Source: an uncultured Candidatus Binatia bacterium (GTDB taxonomy: Bacteria; Desulfobacterota; Binatia; Bin18). From it: 64,000 bases of DNA. How positions within the stretch are numbered: position 1 is the first letter of the stretch; each line of letters starts with the position of its first letter. The position numbers and the translations under genes are program-made. The notes under the pieces are model-generated. The model was not told where the DNA came from. It saw only the letters and a list, made by a program, of their open reading frames with translations, and ran no database searches. The DNA is taken from positions 2,304,001 through 2,368,000 of the forward strand of contig OZ243961.1 of NCBI GenBank assembly GCA_965214605.1. Reading direction: 5' to 3'. Below are positions 27,840 to 38,628 of this stretch, one piece after another.

Positions 27840-29348
27840 TTATTCTCGATGCTCCCGGGCAAACCGCGCCGCGTGCACCCCAGCCAGCCGGCCAAAGACC
27901 GCCCCGCGCATGAGGCCGGCTCCACCCGGATAGTTGTGATAGAAAAATCCGCCCGTCATCTCACCGGTGGCGAACAGACCCGGAATCGGTCGCTCGAGCT
28001 GGTCGACGACCACGGCGTCGGTGTTAATCCGAATCCCGCCAAACGTGAAGGTAATGCCCAGGCTGACCGCATAGGCACAAAACGGCGGCGTCTCAATGCG
28101 GGTGGCCCAGTTGGTTTTGTCGGGCTGTAGGCCCACGGTGTGTTTGCCGTCCAGAATGTCGGGGTTAAAATCGCCGTCTTGAACCGCCGCGTTATAGGCC
28201 TCAAGCGTCGCGAGGAAGCTGGCTTTGCGAAAGCCGAGCGCGCTGTAGCGCTGCTCGATCCGGTCGGCCAGGGCGGACAGGCTGTCGGCCACCACCGGCG
28301 TGCCGGTATTATAGCGCGTCTCCAACAGCGGTGTGGTTGTTTGGTCAAAGACCTGAAAAATGGTCGCCCGAGGCTGGCCCAAAATCTCTCGACCCATTTT
28401 GGCGTAGGTATACAGATTCAAATCCTCGCCCTCGTCAACAAAGCGTTCGCCCTCAAGATTGATCATGATTGAGAAGGGATACGACAGCCGGTTGGTCTTG
28501 TCGGTCAGCCGCAGCTCGCCGTAGCTCGGCGCGTCTGCGTCAATTGGCGTGGCGTGACAGCCGGCCCATTCGCCGTAACTCTGGGCACCGATGTCGAGTG
28601 CCTGTCGGATCATTTCGCCAGTATTAAAGCGCGTGCCGCGCACCTTGACCAGACTCCAGGGCGGGCCCAGGTAAGCCGTTCGCATCTCGGGGCTGGCCTG
28701 AAACCCGCCGCTGGCCAGCACCAGCGCCCGGCAGGCCAGGGTGCGGAGGCCGTCGGGTCCCCGCACCTCAAGACCGCAAATCCGTCCGCCTGAGGTGGTG
28801 ACAATACGTCCGGCCTGGGTCTCATATCGCACCGGAATATCGGCCTCGTCGGCCAGCCGAAAGAGCGTGCTCGATAGCAATACGCCCTCGCCTTTGGCCC
28901 GGAGCGCCCCACCTCGCGACAGCTTGACCTTTGAGGAGCCGGCGCTCGTGACCGCTCCCACCGCCCGGCTGAATTCCCAGCCCACTCCCAGGTCGGCCAT
29001 CCAGCGGACGGTGTCATAGGAACGATCGACCAAGGTTCGACTCAGCGCTGGATCGGTCCGGCCCCCGGTCACTCGCTCTAAATCCCGCAGATAGTCTTCG
29101 CGGGTGTATGGATCGAGCGACACGGTGCTGGGATCATCGTTTTCTCGTACCACCGCGATCAGCTCTTCGAGACTGTTATAGACGCAGCGAAACACACCGC
29201 CGGTGAAGCGCGTGTTGCCTCCACGCAGTTTCTTGGTGGCCTTCTCGAGCACGACGACCCGGGCGCCTTCGGCGCGGGCGGCCAGCGCCGCGGTAAAAGC
29301 CGCGTTGCCCGCCCCGACCACGATGACATCGAACGCTTCATGTGACAC
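27840..29348 (-). CDS. FAD-dependent tricarballylate dehydrogenase TcuA-like oxidoreductase
   Basis: VVGAGNAA, RGGNTRFTGG, VRGTRFNTG, GCHA, RFVDEG, GITFTFGG and FYHNYPGGAGL motifs. Confidence 0.88.
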   Translation of the reverse strand: MSHEAFDVIVVGAGNAAFTAALAARAEGARVVVLEKATKKLRGGNTRFTGGVFRCVYNSLEELIAVVRENDDPSTVSLDPYTREDYLRDLERVTGGRTDPALSRTLVDRSYDTVRWMADLGVGWEFSRAVGAVTSAGSSKVKLSRGGALRAKGEGVLLSSTLFRLADEADIPVRYETQAGRIVTTSGGRICGLEVRGPDGLRTLACRALVLASGGFQASPEMRTAYLGPPWSLVKVRGTRFNTGEMIRQALDIGAQSYGEWAGCHATPIDADAPSYGELRLTDKTNRLSYPFSIMINLEGERFVDEGEDLNLYTYAKMGREILGQPRATIFQVFDQTTTPLLETRYNTGTPVVADSLSALADRIEQRYSALGFRKASFLATLEAYNAAVQDGDFNPDILDGKHTVGLQPDKTNWATRIETPPFCAYAVSLGITFTFGGIRINTDAVVVDQLERPIPGLFATGEMTGGFFYHNYPGGAGLMRGAVFGRLAGVHAARFAREHRE

Positions 29349-29737
29349 GGGCTCCTCCTTAAACTTATCGGCCGAGGTCTGGTGAGGCAGTCCGCAAAAC
29401 GCCAGCCTCCCCCGGCCAACTACACCTTTTGCGGCTTTGCATCAACAACGCGCCTGGCCGCTCACCAGACAGGGGACGCAACGTATCTGAGAAGGCCCAC
29501 GTGAGGATGTGGTTCGGCTAGAGCTCTAACCCCGGCCGAACTGCCAGTCTCAGACGTGGAAAAATACGGGCGGCCGCCACTATCCGTAGGGCGTCACGGT
29601 TGCGCGAAGCGCACGGAGAGCCGCTGCCGGGACTAACCAACAGATAGTGAGGTTCGAAAGGCTTGACCCACTAGGGCCGAGTAGCGTACAGGATAAGAGA
29701 GTGACTGCAGTCAAACACAAAAGTAAGGAGGGTTGTT

Positions 29738-30229
29738 ATGGCACGACCGAGAGGAATGTCCCATGTAGCGCTGTGTGCCCGTGACTTTGACCGCTCGCTG
29801 CATTTCTACCGTGATCTGCTCGGCTTTAAAGTTGCCCAGGAGGGCACCAACGTTGAGGGGCGGGACGAGGATCAGGGCATTTATCGCGTCAAAAATCGTA
29901 AGATTCGATTTGCCACCCTGCGTTATGGCCGGGCAAAAAAGGGACCGTACGGCATGACGGAAGACGCTCCGATTGTGGTTCTCATCGCCCCGGAAGGAAA
30001 GCCGCCGACCGGGCGCAGCATCAAGGTTGATCAGGTTGGCATCTCACACATCGGCTTTTGGGTCAAAGGGCTCAACGCAATGTACAAAGACCTCACGGCC
30101 AAAGGGGTCAAATTTGCCGCCGCGCCGCACGTCTTGGCCAAGACCAAAGAGGGCACCATCCGCAGCGCGTTTGCTGAGGATCCGGACGGCATTCTCATCC
30201 AACTCGACGAGATGGTCCCGGCCAAATAA
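29738..30229 (+). CDS. VOC/glyoxalase family protein
   Basis: SHVAL...RSLHFYRDLLGF, GISHIGF and EDPDGILIQL motifs; AAGGAGG RBS. Confidence 0.9.
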   Translation: MARPRGMSHVALCARDFDRSLHFYRDLLGFKVAQEGTNVEGRDEDQGIYRVKNRKIRFATLRYGRAKKGPYGMTEDAPIVVLIAPEGKPPTGRSIKVDQVGISHIGFWVKGLNAMYKDLTAKGVKFAAAPHVLAKTKEGTIRSAFAEDPDGILIQLDEMVPAK

Positions 30230-30235
30230 CACGCC

Positions 30236-31000
30236 CTAGCTCGCGCCTTCAGGGGTGCCGGTCCGGATTGCGCGGGCTCGGGCTTCCATCTCTTGCGCCT
30301 CGGCCTCGCGCTCCATCTTTCTCAGCAGCCCGGCATAGACCTCCAACGCGGCCGCCACCGCCGGGTGCTTTAGCCCCAGCGTTTCTTCTCTGATTGTCAG
30401 TGCCCGCTGAAAAACCGCCTCGGCCTCTGGATAGCGCCCCTGGCCGCAGTAGGTTTCCCCGAGGCCGACGAGACTGCTGGCGACGGACGGATGGTGGGGG
30501 CCAAAGGCGTCTTCCCTGATGTCCAAGGAGCGCTTAAACAGCGCCTCGGCCTCGGTATAGTGGCTCTGGTCGCCGTAAATTGCCGCCAGGTTGTTGAGGC
30601 TGTTGGTGAGACTCATGTGGCGCGAGCCGTGAAGATTCTCTTTGATCGCCAGGGAGCGCTTGATGAGGGCTTCGGCCTCCTCGTACAGACTCCGGTCCCG
30701 ACACAGCGAGGCCAGGTTGTTGAGGCTCTGAGCGACGAGCAGGTGGGTGGGATCGAGCAGCGCTTCTCGAATGGCCAAGGCGCGTCGATACAGGGGCTCG
30801 GCCTGGTCGTATTTCTTCTGGTTGTGATACAGATTGGCCAGATTGTTCAGGATTAGGGCCAGGTGCAGGTCTCCCTCGCCGGAATTTTCCATCTCTTTGA
30901 GGGCGGCCAGAAAGAGTTTCTCGGCTTCGGCGTAACGGCCCTGCAGGTAGAGCTGGGTCGCGGCGTGATTGTTGGTCTCCCAGCGCGAATCGTCGCTCAT
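30236..31000 (-). CDS. Tetratricopeptide repeat protein (kinesin-light-chain-like 42-aa repeats)
   Basis: Repeated LNNLA.LY.....Y.EAE.L..R.L.I.E...G..H motif, about 5 copies. Confidence 0.92.
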   Translation of the reverse strand: MSDDSRWETNNHAATQLYLQGRYAEAEKLFLAALKEMENSGEGDLHLALILNNLANLYHNQKKYDQAEPLYRRALAIREALLDPTHLLVAQSLNNLASLCRDRSLYEEAEALIKRSLAIKENLHGSRHMSLTNSLNNLAAIYGDQSHYTEAEALFKRSLDIREDAFGPHHPSVASSLVGLGETYCGQGRYPEAEAVFQRALTIREETLGLKHPAVAAALEVYAGLLRKMEREAEAQEMEARARAIRTGTPEGAS

Positions 31001-31459
31001 GATCTCATCCCTCTATGCTATCAACCCGTTGCGTATACCGAGGCCGAACTGATCGTCCGGCCGGGTGCCATAAAATTCATGAAAAAATACTAGCCTGAGT
31101 AGGCGGGCAGGGCTAGTTGCTTCCACCGTCATGCAGGACAGGCGGTAGAGGCGGTTCATGTACAGCGTGTGCAAGGGCCGACCGCCGGCAGAAATGGGGG
31201 GAGCGGGAAACGGGGCGGGACAGGGAGGTTGAGGCGGCCCGTGTATCATCTTCCCATGCAAAACGGGACACGGCCGCCGACCCGATCCGTTGGCTCTGCC
31301 CGGGAGCGGTAGGATGGAGCAGGAGGCGCGGATACAGGTGGGGCTGCTATAGTGCCAAGGAGAATCTCGGCCCCCGCACCGCCCCGTCATACGTAGATTC
31401 CCGGGCCTGTGTCTTGGGTTCTTGGTTGTGGCTTCCTCATTGACTCGTCATGCTTGAGG

Positions 31460-31905
31460 GCGACGGGGCCGACCTGTCCGGCATTGGCGTGGTCTCAAGC
31501 TGAGAGTCTGAGGTCACGGGAACCGTCTTCCCGATTCCGAAGTCCGGGCCGCGCCTAGTTTGGCTGTCGAACGCCGCCCGCGCGATCATCGACGCCATCC
31601 CGCACTATAGCCCCGATTGCCCCTTCGTGTTTGCGGCCCGGCCCGCCACGCGCACAGCGACAACGTCGAATACCAATGGCACCGCATCTGCACTGCCCGG
31701 ATTGCGGATTCATGACCTGTGGAACTCCTAGGCCTCGAGTGTCGCCGTGAACGGCGTCGCCATGGTGATCATCGCAAAATTGCTAGGCCATGCCCTGATC
31801 AAGATCACCAAGTGTTGTACCCATCTGTCCGACCAGTCCGTTGCGGACGCCGCGGACCGGGAGGCAGGGCGCATCCATGGGGCCCTGGCCGGAACCGGAG
31901 GGCGG
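31460..31905 (+). pseudogene. Tyrosine integrase C-terminal remnant
   Basis: PDSEVR/CPFVF region, GLRIHDL, MNGV.MVIIAKLLGHA..T..THLSD..V.DAADR. Confidence 0.75.
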
Positions 31906-31908
31906 AGC

Positions 31909-33035
31909 ATGCCCAGGGTTGACCTCACGGCGCGGGTCGTCCGAGAGAGCAGCTCCTGCGATAAGGACACCATCCTGTTCGACCGGGCCACACCCGGCTT
32001 CGGACTGCGCATTCATCCTTCGGGGCCGCAAGGTCTGTATCGCCCAGGCCCGCATCAAGGGGCGAAGCAGGCGCATCGTCATCGCCCAGTACAATGAGAT
32101 GGAGCCTGCCGAGGCCGCCGCACAAACGACATCCTCGCTCGCATCTGCGCCGGCGAGAAGCCCGCCGAGGATATCCGCAGGGAGAAAGAGACCCCGACCT
32201 TCCACGAGTTCACGGAAGAATCCCTACGCCGGTGCGAGCCTCACTAGGATCCGCCGGGACGCAAGACCGTACGCATCTACCCTCAAGACCTGTATCCTGC
32301 CCGCGCTCGGCAGGACACCCCTCGACCATATCGGGCCCGAGGACGGCGCCGTGTGGTTCGACGCGGCAAGCCGGGACAGACGCGGCACGGCAACCACGCC
32401 TTCGAGATACGGCGCGCGATGATGGTCCGGGCCGAGGAATGGGGTTTGTATGGGCACGGCACCAATCCCCGTCTCGGCATCCACAAGAACCTGGGCAGAA
32501 ACATCGCGCGGTTCCTCGACATCGACCAACCAGCGCGGCTCGGCTGCGCGCTTGATGCCAATGAGGCCGAAGGGCCCGAGGCCGCCGCCACGATTCGCCT
32601 GCCCGCACTCACCGGGTGCTGGCGAAGCGAAGTGCTCAGTCTGCGCCGGCGCGGTATCGGGGCCGAAGCGATCAATCTACACAGCAAGACCGGCCCCCAT
32701 GCCACACCGCTCGGCGAGGCCGCGGGAGCCCATATTGAGGTGCTCCCAGGCAACTGGAGACCCGATGCGTTTCTGTTCCCCCGATATGCCCACGGGCCGC
32801 AGCATGCACAGCGTCGCGTCTTGCTGGTGGGCGGTACGCGCGGACGCAGGGCTTGGCAAGCTCCGCATTCACGATTTGCGGCGCACCATGGCCAGCTGTG
32901 CCGTCATGTCCGGCGAGAAGCTGCTCGGGCAGCGAAGGCACCAGATCGCCGCCGGATATACTCACCTTGCCGACAAGCATCTCGTTGAGACGGCCGAGCG
33001 CGTCGAGAGTATCATCGCAGAGTCGATACGGGAAT
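31909..33035 (+). pseudogene. Frameshifted tyrosine integrase with Arm DNA-binding N-terminus
   Basis: PGFGLRIHPSGRK, LTGCWRSEVL, SKTG, LRIHDLRRT and YTHLAD motifs spread over several frames, with an internal stop. Confidence 0.85.
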
Positions 33036-33039
33036 CAGA

Positions 33040-33615
33040 TCAGCATCCCGCCGTCTTCTCGGAGATGAATTCTTCCCATGCCCCAATTGCTTGGGTTGCT
33101 AATTCAAATGCGTTCAGGCTCTTTCCACTGTTATCGATATAAAAAATCATTTTATGACGGACTAGAGAACCTTCTTTTGTTTGATTTAATTCACCACTGT
33201 CCTGCGAATCCTCGTATAACGTCGTTCCATCAGAACGAGAGTGTGTTATATGAGCACGGTCTCTTGTATCATGGCATTCATGAAAGGAAAGTCCGATATG
33301 TTTCCTTGAAAATTTTGCAGGGTTACCACTTCTGGGGCGATGCTTGAGTTCAAGATGTTTTATGCCGTTGCATACATCAGCACAGATTGACAAGAACTCA
33401 TTGTTGCTTACGAAGCTCTCAGCTTCTTGTTTCGTACAAGTAAAGTTTTCATCATTTATCATCCAGTCCTTTAGATGGTAACAATGAACAAAAAATGACC
33501 GAACGTCGTCTTCGTACCACAGCGGCGAGCAGTCATTTTCTACCCCATCGTTGATTCTCTTAAAACGTTCATAATATCGTTTGGCCCTTTCGAACTGTTC
33601 CACATACTTGGCCAT
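33040..33615 (-). CDS. Low-GC hypothetical protein, possible HEPN-like fold
   Basis: ATG at 33615, 4 bp after the RM stop; FF..CYHLKDW and ADVCNGIKH motifs. Confidence 0.6.
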   Translation of the reverse strand: MAKYVEQFERAKRYYERFKRINDGVENDCSPLWYEDDVRSFFVHCYHLKDWMINDENFTCTKQEAESFVSNNEFLSICADVCNGIKHLELKHRPRSGNPAKFSRKHIGLSFHECHDTRDRAHITHSRSDGTTLYEDSQDSGELNQTKEGSLVRHKMIFYIDNSGKSLNAFELATQAIGAWEEFISEKTAGC

Positions 33616-33619
33616 GCTG

Positions 33620-36600
33620 TTAGCTCCTGTGGAGTATGGCCGCAACGCAGCGAGCCATATCGCTGAAGTGCTGGACTTCCTCGGGATTGAGTGGGCGGTC
33701 GAGGATATCGCGTTTACGATAGGAGAGCCATTTCTTGAGGACCTGGTAGCCGCCGAGCTTGTAGGTCCAGACGGCGGCGGGAACACTGCGCCAGAAGGCG
33801 CGGCCGTTGAGGTAGACGTCGAATGTCGTTTCGCCGAGCACGGCCGCGGCGTTTCCCAGAGCGGCACGCTCGTTCGGCGTGTAGGCGCGTTCGACAACGC
33901 GGCCCTGCCCCGGCATCACGGCCCCGCCCTGCCCATAGTGTCCCCACCCGGCCGTGACGGCAAAGTCATCGCCGGTCATATTGCGCCCGTCCGTCGTGGC
34001 GGGAACCGCGACAGCAGCGATTTCCGGTCGCAGAGTCCCTTCCGTGATCCCCGGAACGGGCATATCGGGGTCGAGCAACCGAGCAAGCTCGCGGCCCCGC
34101 GCCGCCGATTCTGCAAGCGCTTCCGCCGCGCCTTCGGCCCTGTCAGCGGGCCAAGCCGGAAGCGGAATACGTGGCCATTCCGTGCGCAGCGCCCCGGCGT
34201 TGGCCTCACGGTAGGTGGGATCGTGCAGGACGGCAAGGACATGGTGGAACAGGTCTTCGACGTTCGCCCCGAGGCGTTCGAGCCAGCATTGCACGCTGCC
34301 TGACAGGTTGGGGCGGCGGGACGTGCCCTCCCCGATTCCGAAGCCGTCATCACGAAGCCATACGGGCATGCATGTCGCGCCCCGATCCATGAGGTCGAGA
34401 CAACCGATATGCGTAATCACCTGTGGCGGCGACCACTCGCGGCGTGGCTTTTGTTGCGTGACCAGCCACTTGTTCTCCTTGAACACATGCGGCCGGTAGG
34501 GGGTGCGCTTCTCGTCGAGCAGCTTCGTTTCCGCTTCCCAGTAAAGCCACCGGTTGTCGAATGGCCGGTAGGCGAAGCGGAGGAACCCGGCCTCAATGGG
34601 CCCGCCGCGCGCGAGTAGCGTATCGCGCACCGCACGTGCGTCGAACCGCGCCGTGGTCTTCATGACGCCCGGATAGCGCCGGGCGATCTCGTCATGACTC
34701 AACTCAGGGTCGAAGTAATCGCGGATGCGCGCCTTGAGCCGGTCGAGATCGACATCGACTAGGAACCCGTCGCGGCTGGTCTTGACGCCGGGAAACGATA
34801 CCGGGAACAGATCGGGCAGCGCCGGCCAGTCGAACCAGTCCTTGCTCACCGCCGTTTGCACGAACGGCAGACCGAGCGGCAGGATCGGCTTGATGTCGTC
34901 GTAAAGCGTGTCCGGCTCCGCTTCCGCCGACTCTAGCAGTTCCCCGCGCTTGGCTTTTCCCCACAGGTGGCGGAAGCCCACCGCTTCGATGGGCGCGTGA
35001 TTGGCCTTGCGCACGAGCGTCGTGATAGCCGTTCCGACCTGAATACCGACAGAGCTACCTGGAACCGTAAAAACGCTCGAGTCCGGCTGACCATCGGGCG
35101 TCTTTCCTCCCTTGCGAACGTCCCCATTCAGGCAATCAATCCGAATCGCGTCGAACGCTTCAAGGTAGCGCTCCCGCATCCCTGTGAACGATAGTCCGTC
35201 GAGCCAGGAGTAGTTGGAGATGAAGCAGACCACGCCCCGGCCCGTCTTCTCGGCAATGCGCTTCTCCGCCATGCGGAAGAAGCGGACGTAGAGATCGTTC
35301 AGCCCCTGGCCCTCCGGACGGCGCACCCGCGTCGTCCAACGGTAGGCCTCGGACAACTCCCGTTCCTCGTCCACCGCCATGCCGGCAAAACCGTTATAGG
35401 GCGGGTTGCCGAGGATTACGAGGATCGGCGTCTCCTGCTTGACCCGCTCCGCCCGGTCGCGTTCCTCCTCCAACTCGGGGAAGGGCAGCGGCTTGGGCGG
35501 GTGTGGCTCCCAGCCGGTGAGCGCGTTGGTGAGGAAGACCCCGGCCCGCTCCTGCCTGTCATCCGCCAGCGGTGCGTCGAGGTCCTGCATAGTGAGCCCG
35601 ACTTGCAGATGGGCGACGACGAAAGGCGCGGGCATGATCTCGAAGCCAAACACCCGTTCCAGCACCGCCTGCTTCACCCGTGCGCCGGCGAGCGCCCCGA
35701 GGCCCCGGCCTGCGAGGTTGGCCGCGATGCGGCGCAGCACTTCCGCCAGATACGCCCCGGTGCCGCAGCACGGGTCGAGCACGTAGACGTTCTCCGCCGC
35801 GAGCCCGTCGCCGATGCCGAGATCGTCCTTCAGCGCCTTGTCCACGCGGGCGACCATGTAGCGGACCACTTCCGCCGGCGTGTACCAGACGCCCAACCGC
35901 TTGCGCAGTTCGGGATCGAAGGCTTCGAGGAACGGCTCGTAGAAGTAGGGCACCGCCTCACCCTCGTTGAAGCGGGCGAGGAACGCCGCCCGGTCCACCC
36001 GGTCGAGCGCCGCGGCGGTCCAGTCCAGCACCTCGACCAGACCGAGCGACTGCAACCGTCCGGGTTGGGACACCTGTTGGAACAGCGCCGCCAGCACCGG
36101 CGCGAGCCGGGTCGCTCCCGCCGCCTCGACCCGCCCCAGCCCATTGCGGGCATAGGAGGCGAGTAGCCATGCCAAATCCTTGGGCTCGGCCAGCGCCGCG
36201 CGATGCGACAGCGCCCGGGCGAGATACTCGGCAAGACCCGCACCCACATCACGGGCGAAGGCGCGCGGTGTCTCGAGTCGGCGCGTGAACTCCGCCTCGC
36301 TGTCGGCGCAACGGAACGTCTCCAGCGTGACCTCCCGGCCCACCGCGTCCGAGCCGACGAGCGTGAACTCGTGCAGGTTGGTCACCAGCACCAGGCTATA
36401 GCGACCCCAATAGCGCGTGACCTGCTCGCGCACACCGGGCGCGCTCGCGTCCACGGCCAGCGGCTTCACCTCCACCACGCCACGCTCCGGCGTCTGGCCC
36501 TCGCACGGCTGACCCCGCTGCACCTGCTTCGCCGTGTAGAGACCGAAGTCGGGGTGCCCCGCGCCCTGGTCGGCGAGCTCGCCGACGCAGAACACCTTGG

Positions 36601-36751
36601 GGGTGAGCGTCGCGCCGACCGCGTTGAGCAGGTTAGCGAGCGGCCCGTAGCTCGACCGCTCCCCGGTCGCACCGCCGGAGGCGCGCACGCGCCCGAGGTC
36701 GGCGAGATATGCCTCAACCGCCGCCGTTAGTTTCTTGTTCGTTCCCGTCAT
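33620..36751 (-). CDS. Single-polypeptide restriction-modification enzyme (type IIG / type ISP-like; N6-adenine MTase plus specificity domain)
   Basis: N-terminal HPDF...VEVK nuclease motif; YFYEPFL, GVWYTP, VLDPCCGTG, ILGNPPY and YRPFD motifs; W.YKLGGYQVLKKWLSYR C-terminus. Confidence 0.88.
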   Translation of the reverse strand: MTGTNKKLTAAVEAYLADLGRVRASGGATGERSSYGPLANLLNAVGATLTPKVFCVGELADQGAGHPDFGLYTAKQVQRGQPCEGQTPERGVVEVKPLAVDASAPGVREQVTRYWGRYSLVLVTNLHEFTLVGSDAVGREVTLETFRCADSEAEFTRRLETPRAFARDVGAGLAEYLARALSHRAALAEPKDLAWLLASYARNGLGRVEAAGATRLAPVLAALFQQVSQPGRLQSLGLVEVLDWTAAALDRVDRAAFLARFNEGEAVPYFYEPFLEAFDPELRKRLGVWYTPAEVVRYMVARVDKALKDDLGIGDGLAAENVYVLDPCCGTGAYLAEVLRRIAANLAGRGLGALAGARVKQAVLERVFGFEIMPAPFVVAHLQVGLTMQDLDAPLADDRQERAGVFLTNALTGWEPHPPKPLPFPELEEERDRAERVKQETPILVILGNPPYNGFAGMAVDEERELSEAYRWTTRVRRPEGQGLNDLYVRFFRMAEKRIAEKTGRGVVCFISNYSWLDGLSFTGMRERYLEAFDAIRIDCLNGDVRKGGKTPDGQPDSSVFTVPGSSVGIQVGTAITTLVRKANHAPIEAVGFRHLWGKAKRGELLESAEAEPDTLYDDIKPILPLGLPFVQTAVSKDWFDWPALPDLFPVSFPGVKTSRDGFLVDVDLDRLKARIRDYFDPELSHDEIARRYPGVMKTTARFDARAVRDTLLARGGPIEAGFLRFAYRPFDNRWLYWEAETKLLDEKRTPYRPHVFKENKWLVTQQKPRREWSPPQVITHIGCLDLMDRGATCMPVWLRDDGFGIGEGTSRRPNLSGSVQCWLERLGANVEDLFHHVLAVLHDPTYREANAGALRTEWPRIPLPAWPADRAEGAAEALAESAARGRELARLLDPDMPVPGITEGTLRPEIAAVAVPATTDGRNMTGDDFAVTAGWGHYGQGGAVMPGQGRVVERAYTPNERAALGNAAAVLGETTFDVYLNGRAFWRSVPAAVWTYKLGGYQVLKKWLSYRKRDILDRPLNPEEVQHFSDMARCVAAILHRS

Positions 36752-36833
36752 TGCTTCCGTTGTAGTCGAGCACGACCCACCGTACAAGCATCCGCGCAGA
36801 ATGACCGTCCCGCAGTGCGGGCACGAGACCGGA

Positions 36834-37148
36834 TCATGTGTGCAACGTGCACGCGCACCATTCGGCGGCCGTCCTGTCCCGGCGCACCTGTGCAAGTTCA
36901 TAGCTCGCCTGCAGCCGCATCCAGTGGGCCGCGGTGCCCCAGCCGATAGCCTCCAGTGCCAGCGCCATGTCCGTGGACACCCCGGCCTTGCTGTTCAGCA
37001 GGCGCGATAGCGTGCCCCGCTCGCAGCCGAGACGCGCCGACGTCTCGGTAACGTTCCAGCCCACTTCGTTCATGCTCTCGCGCATCAGCTCGCCCAGGTG
37101 CGGCGGGTTCGGCATTGGGCCGACGCGATCGCTTGCAGTGTCGTTCAT
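36834..37148 (-). CDS. higA: HigA family antitoxin (XRE HTH)
   Basis: NPPHLGE, LSRLLN.KAGVS..MAL.L and W..LQASYEL motifs. Confidence 0.9.
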   Translation of the reverse strand: MNDTASDRVGPMPNPPHLGELMRESMNEVGWNVTETSARLGCERGTLSRLLNSKAGVSTDMALALEAIGWGTAAHWMRLQASYELAQVRRDRTAAEWCACTLHT

Positions 37149-37167
37149 GGTCAGCGCTCCCTTCCGG

Positions 37168-37400
37168 TCAGTGAGAGTTGATCGGATCCACGGCCACGGC
37201 GCCCCAGTTGCCCGAGACGCGGACGCTCCACCGGCCCGTGCGGTCGCCGTCCTTCAGAGGATGCAGCCGGAAGCCGTGCGCGTCGGCGCCACCCGGCCTC
37301 GACACGGCGAAAAAGCACGGTGACTCCAGTACGCTGGGACGGCAGACCAGCGGCGGTGCTTTCTGGCCCGTGCGCGTTTGGTTGAGAGTGATAGGCGCCC
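37168..37400 (-). pseudogene. higB: Degenerate HigB (RelE/ParE) toxin
   Basis: GFRLHPLKDGDRTGRWSVRVSGNW is present; the N-terminus is eroded and the C-terminal strand is shortened. Confidence 0.75.
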
Positions 37401-37663
37401 CTGCTTCTCGCGCCAGCGGTACCAAAGGTTTCTAACGCACTGTCACTCTTGGAGCTGGAGCAGCGACCACGACGCTGGAGCTTTCCTGCTGTTGCCGAGC
37501 GAAGCCTACCACGCCTCGTCACTGAGATGGGCTTGGGGGACTCAGGTGAACTAGTAGCAGTTGAACCGCCCGCCGCGGCCCACCAGTTCGCTACCCTGCT
37601 TGAAGATCCGGCGTTTGAGGAGTGGATAGCCCAGGCTTGCTTCCAGCACTTGCTGGGCTGTTT

Positions 37664-38009
37664 GGCGCGGAAGCGCTCGCACAATCGGCGGCACGGGTCT
37701 ACGAGCTGGCCCGGCTGCTCGACCCCGATACGCCCGTTCCTGGGATCACGGAAGAAACTCTACCTCCGGAAATCGCCGCCATCGCGGTTCCGGCCACGAC
37801 GGACGAGAGCACTGCATTGGGCGATGCCCTACCCGCGCTTGCCGAGACCACGTTCGACGTGTATCTCAACGCCGGCACCTTCCGGCGCAACGTACCTGCC
37901 GCTCTCCGGGATTCCCGGCTCGGTGGCTACTAGGTGCTCAAGAAGTGGCTTTTCTATCGCGAACACGCCATCCTTGGCCACTCGCCCGAGCCCGAGGAAG
38001 TCCATAGTG
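37664..38009 (+). pseudogene. Orphan 3' fragment of the type IIG/ISP-like RM gene (second copy, inverted)
   Basis: AEALAQSAAR..ELARLLDPDTPVPGITE..L.PEIAAIAVPATTD and TTFDVYLN...LGGY*VLKKWL match the end of 33620-36751. Confidence 0.85.
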
Positions 38010-38628
38010 CCCGAACAGTTGCCCCACTGGATATCCCCTTGCGACAAGTCATGGAGGTCTATCGACAAATTGGGAGAACGATGTGATCTTAAAAAGCAAA
38101 ATTTATCTGCGGCATTGAGAGAGTTTTTTCACGAGTTCAAGCATTCACAAGCATTCAACAGAGCGTATATAGTCAGATGCTGTATGAGGTTTCCGACCAT
38201 AGGGAGATCGACACGGTCATCCGCTGGCTTGATTTAATCTTCAGACTGTCTTGTCATAGTATGGTTTCAGATTGGATAGCTGATAAGCACGAAGAGCTTT
38301 CGGTGAAAATATCAGTTAGTCTTTCGTCCGGTAAGATGACGGAAAAGTGGTCAAGGAGAGAGATGGAGGTGCCAAAGAAGTACTGCGACGATGCGTGGAG
38401 TGTAAGAACTAAAACGCCGCCTGGCGTAGACAATCGCACTTTCCCCGCGCATCCGCGAAGCGCCCAAAGCCCATCTGTGACAATGGCTTGCAGCCAGCGC
38501 GGCGTTTGAGCGCGGCATTTCCGATCTCCGAACCCGGCTCTGTTACCCGGCGTGTCCTGGGTGCTCCCCAACGACGGGGCGCCCGCGACGCGCTGGGCGC
38601 GACCGAAACGAACGGGAGGGACCGAACC

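Noticed and set aside
31000-31460. Possible tRNA/tmRNA integration site at the island's left edge (right edge 48500-49190 also checked)
   Set aside because: No cloverleaf or T-loop/CCA pattern and no matching att direct repeat seen.
33616-33897. Long N-terminal extension of ORF 33040..33897
   Set aside because: It overlaps the RM gene in another frame; the GC shift supports the start at 33615.
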